Below, one piece after another: positions 61,301 through 64,000 of a DNA stretch of 64,000 nt (position 1 is its first letter; the number at the start of each line of letters is the position of its first letter). The notes under the pieces were generated by a model. It saw only the letters and a program-made list of their open reading frames with translations. It searched no databases and was not told the origin of the DNA. Origin of the DNA: Acanthaster planci (Eukaryota). The stretch spans positions 1,743,838 through 1,807,837 of the forward strand of contig NW_019091362.1 in NCBI RefSeq assembly GCF_001949145.1. The letters are read 5' to 3'. A program made the translations under genes and the position numbers.

Positions 61301-63381
61301 ATCGAATTCCCAAACGTACAGTATCAATTTGATCCCCGTAATGGGGTGGTAATAGGTGATTTGGGGGGTCAGAATGAAATTGTAGAATATAGTCTGGTTC
61401 TTTGAATTTAACATTTTCAAATAAATACACTACGTTGGGGAATTTGACTGAATTTGGGGAGGCCACGAATACGGTCAATTGACAGTTTTCGCTAAGCTCA
61501 TTGACATGACAAAAGCCCCCACACTTTCTTTGGAAAAAGGAAGTTTGGCTTCACACTGGTGAGATTGTATAATTATTTGACAGGCTTTGGGCTTCCAATC
61601 TGAGGGCAAAATGGATACAAGATCAGGTTGAAAAAATGGCACTAAGCGCTCGAGAAAGTAAAGGGAAGCCACTTGAAAAGAGCCTGCAAGTGGACTTCGG
61701 AACTGCCACTTTTTGTAATTGTAAATGTAATTGGTTAGCCCATGAAAACTGAAAACAAATTGAAAGATTAAGGACAAACCATTAATTTCATTCATTTTTG
61801 AGAAACCCCTAGGAGAAGCATTCTGCAGCTTCCCACATCTACCATCCAGTCAGGGCAGTTGAAAGGGTCTATATTGCAAATATTTCTTGGAAGTGCCTGT
61901 AATGTACAACTTCCCATTTTACAGATCATAAAAACTCTAAGGCACTTAGTATTTGGAGGCAACAACAGTAAAAACTACAGAAGGGGAAAACCTTCCGCTT
62001 CATCTTTCAGTGTTAAACACTCCAAAGATTTTTACCTTCGACCGTAATATCAAATGGGCATGTCTTTTTGTTGCCTGCAGAATCGGAGGCTGAACATGTG
62101 ACCTCGTTTACTCCAACAGCAAAAGCTGTGCCTGAAACTGGGTCACAGGTTACTTGCACACTGCCGTCCCCAATATCGGTTGCCTTTGGTGTACTGTAGT
62201 AAACCGTGGCCGTTGCTGAACCCTCATCTGTGGATTTCTTCATGTTTTTCGGGCAAGTGAACACCGGAGCTTCGTTATCTGAGCAATTACACATGCACAT
62301 GGAAAAATGAAAGGGAGTTAATGCACTGGGATTGTACAAATGATATTTAAAATTTATGGAGAATATTTTGAGAGAAAAGCAACTTGCCCCTTTGTTAACC
62401 ACTTGCCTCCGGGCTTCCCGGTACTGAGTACCTTGGGTTTGTATGCATAGCCAGGGGTGCCCAAAATTGGACAAAAGAGCTGGGCCTTGTTACAAAAGAC
62501 CATACTTGGAACAAAAGACTGAGCTGCTGGGAATTGCAATCATTTTTCAGCTGGCATTTGTGGAGGTAATCTGTCTTGTTTTGAAACAGTATACCTCTGT
62601 TTGCAGCATTCAGCAACCGCGGATTATCAGCGGAGAAAGAAGTGCTCCAGCACTCCAGCGATGAGCAATACTGTACCGCTGCACCCCTATCTGATCCCAT
62701 TTGAGACAACAGCGCCATTCAGCAACACGCTGGGCCAATTTTGAGAACAAAGGAAATCATGCAACACCGCACAACCATAGGCTCTCCTTACTGGGCAGCA
62801 GGCCTGGCTGTAATACTTCGGCGTCGATGGAGGTTACCTGTCTGATTAGAGTAGCCTTCAGACAATCATTCATGTGGGTGTAAGCATCCAGTAAATGAAG
62901 TTATGAATTTTTGAAGACTTTTGAAAATGGAAAATCTTGACAATCGCCTGGGCACTTGTCCTGCATATGCAAATTCCAACCGGCAGGAAGTGGTTAAAAT
63001 AGGCTGCCAATTTCACAAATCTGCCGGTCAAATGTTTAATGAACCAATGTAATATTCCAATTGAAATGCACAATGAAAAGAACCTTTCATCTTGAAGATG
63101 AGCGGTTGGAAATGTCAAGGATTGCGGTGACGTCTCACCTGTTACATCGACCACAAACGTGCATGTCTTCTTGTTGTTGGAGCTGTCGGTGGCTGAGCAG
63201 GTGACCGTTGATGTTCCAATGCCAAAAGTGCTTCCTGAGGGTTTTTCGCAATTGACCATCACAGTGCCATCCACATTGTCCTTTGCCATCGGCACGTCAT
63301 AAGTGACTGTGGCATATGCCTTACCAGGGTCAACATTGACTTCAGTCAGAGATGGACATTCAAATTCTGGACTAATCTTAT
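52354..63381 (-). CDS. HYR-domain (hyalin-like) repeat protein, 5'-partial, with C-terminal FAMeT-like domain and polybasic microexons
   Basis: Six phase-1 HYR exons: 63381-63139, 62278-62036, 60791-60543, 59863-59621, 59017-58772 and 57557-57327 (D..P...CP.......D.G...ATV.Y..P.A.DN......V.C....GS.F.IG...VTC.A.D.SGN...C.F.V.V). Then 56375-56193, 54091-53858, 53238-53188, 52853-52800 and 52388-52354 (stop TAA). All are GT-AG and in frame. The gene continues upstream of the window. Confidence 0.88.
54838..55129 (-). mobile_element. Partial inverted copy of the piggyBac-like MITE at 62399-62993
   Basis: Reverse complement of about 62399-62740, ending caagtgg|ttaa. A further homologous piece lies at about 54300-54350. 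Confidence 0.75.
55451..55683. mobile_element. MITE (same family as 39943-40183, opposite orientation)
   Basis: TIRs ggccattttccaatactc ... gagtcaagtattggtaaacggcc, flanked by atg on both sides (possible 3-bp TSD). Confidence 0.8.
55795..55850. repeat. (GGGTT/GGGCT)n pentamer microsatellite
   Basis: tgggctgggctgggttatgttgggttgggttgggttaggttgggctgggttgggtt. Confidence 0.85.
56382..56525. repeat. (CAAATCAAT)n 9-mer microsatellite followed by (ACCG)n
   Basis: About 11 copies of caaatcaat directly abutting a HYR-gene splice acceptor, then accgactgaccgacctaccgaccgaccgacc. Confidence 0.95.
62399..62993. mobile_element. piggyBac-like MITE with TTAA TSD
   Basis: ttaa|ccacttgcctcc ... ggcaggaagtgg|ttaa. 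No ORF; a second copy is at 54838-55129. Confidence 0.75.
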
Positions 63382-63599
63382 CTAAAAATACAAAAACAAA
63401 ACAAACAAAACAAAATAATACATAAGAAAATAATAACAAAAACACAACTACTCATATTTCTTCCCGGTACCCACTGCCTAACTGAGTTGAACTGGTCAGT
63501 CAATCTCTGCACTCAGCCAAACTCTTAAATATCCCAACCCTTAGGAGATTAGGACATTAGGAAATATAACAAATTAAAGTTTGCACCCTTTACATCATT

Positions 63600-64000
63600 T
63601 CACCTTGTCTATAACACTTCTTTTCCACCTATCCACCAAATTTCAGCCCAATCAGGCATGGAATTCACAAGATACAGGACTTTTAAAAATGTACCTTGAA
63701 TATCACGTGACTAGTCACATGATAAAGTCATTATTATATCAGGTCAATGACTGCCTAAAGCCCTCCCCTTTCAAGACATCTCCAAGCATTGAACCCAATT
63801 GGACATGTATTCACAAGATATAGTGCTTCAAAGAGTGCATCTTTAATGTCATCATCTTATCAGCTCATTGTCTGAAGCACTCCCCTTCTAGATATCTGCA
63901 AGGTTTGAAACCAATCAGACATGTACTTCACTTTGAGGAATGCACCTTCAATGTCATGTAACATGACCATCTGATGATGTCATGATTGCATGAGGTCAAT
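63600..64000. repeat. Diverged tandem-repeat array (satellite-like, possibly Helentron-associated)
   Basis: Recurrent motif cca.a.ttt.a.cccaat..g.catg.a.ttcacaagata at about 63633, 63781 and 63898. Confidence 0.45.

Overview
This is eukaryotic, intron-rich invertebrate animal genomic DNA from a draft assembly with N gaps; it is not prokaryotic, and most ORF-track entries are spurious. Four spliced genes can be reconstructed with phase-consistent splice sites. (1) ERp44, 3' part, + strand, with the CRFS motif and C-terminal RDEL. (2) ODAD4/TTC25, the ciliary outer-dynein-arm docking TPR protein, + strand. It has an RFX X-box promoter, a duplicated alternative first coding exon and a modular acidic/SSK tail. 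(3) PRMT2, the SH3-containing arginine methyltransferase, - strand, with one GC-AG intron. (4) The 3' part of a HYR-repeat (hyalin-like) protein, - strand, with six one-domain-per-exon HYR repeats, a probable FAMeT-like domain and tandem microexons each encoding an RRRRR|S convertase-type site. Introns hold a decayed DIRS1-like tyrosine-recombinase retrotransposon with a recognisable ICR/ITR end, several MITEs (Tc1/mariner-, hAT-, piggyBac- and Harbinger-like), SINE and LINE fragments, a 57-bp minisatellite and microsatellites. A 1.15-kb tandem duplication is probably a haplotype assembly artefact. All calls come from manual reading and translation; no database searches were run.
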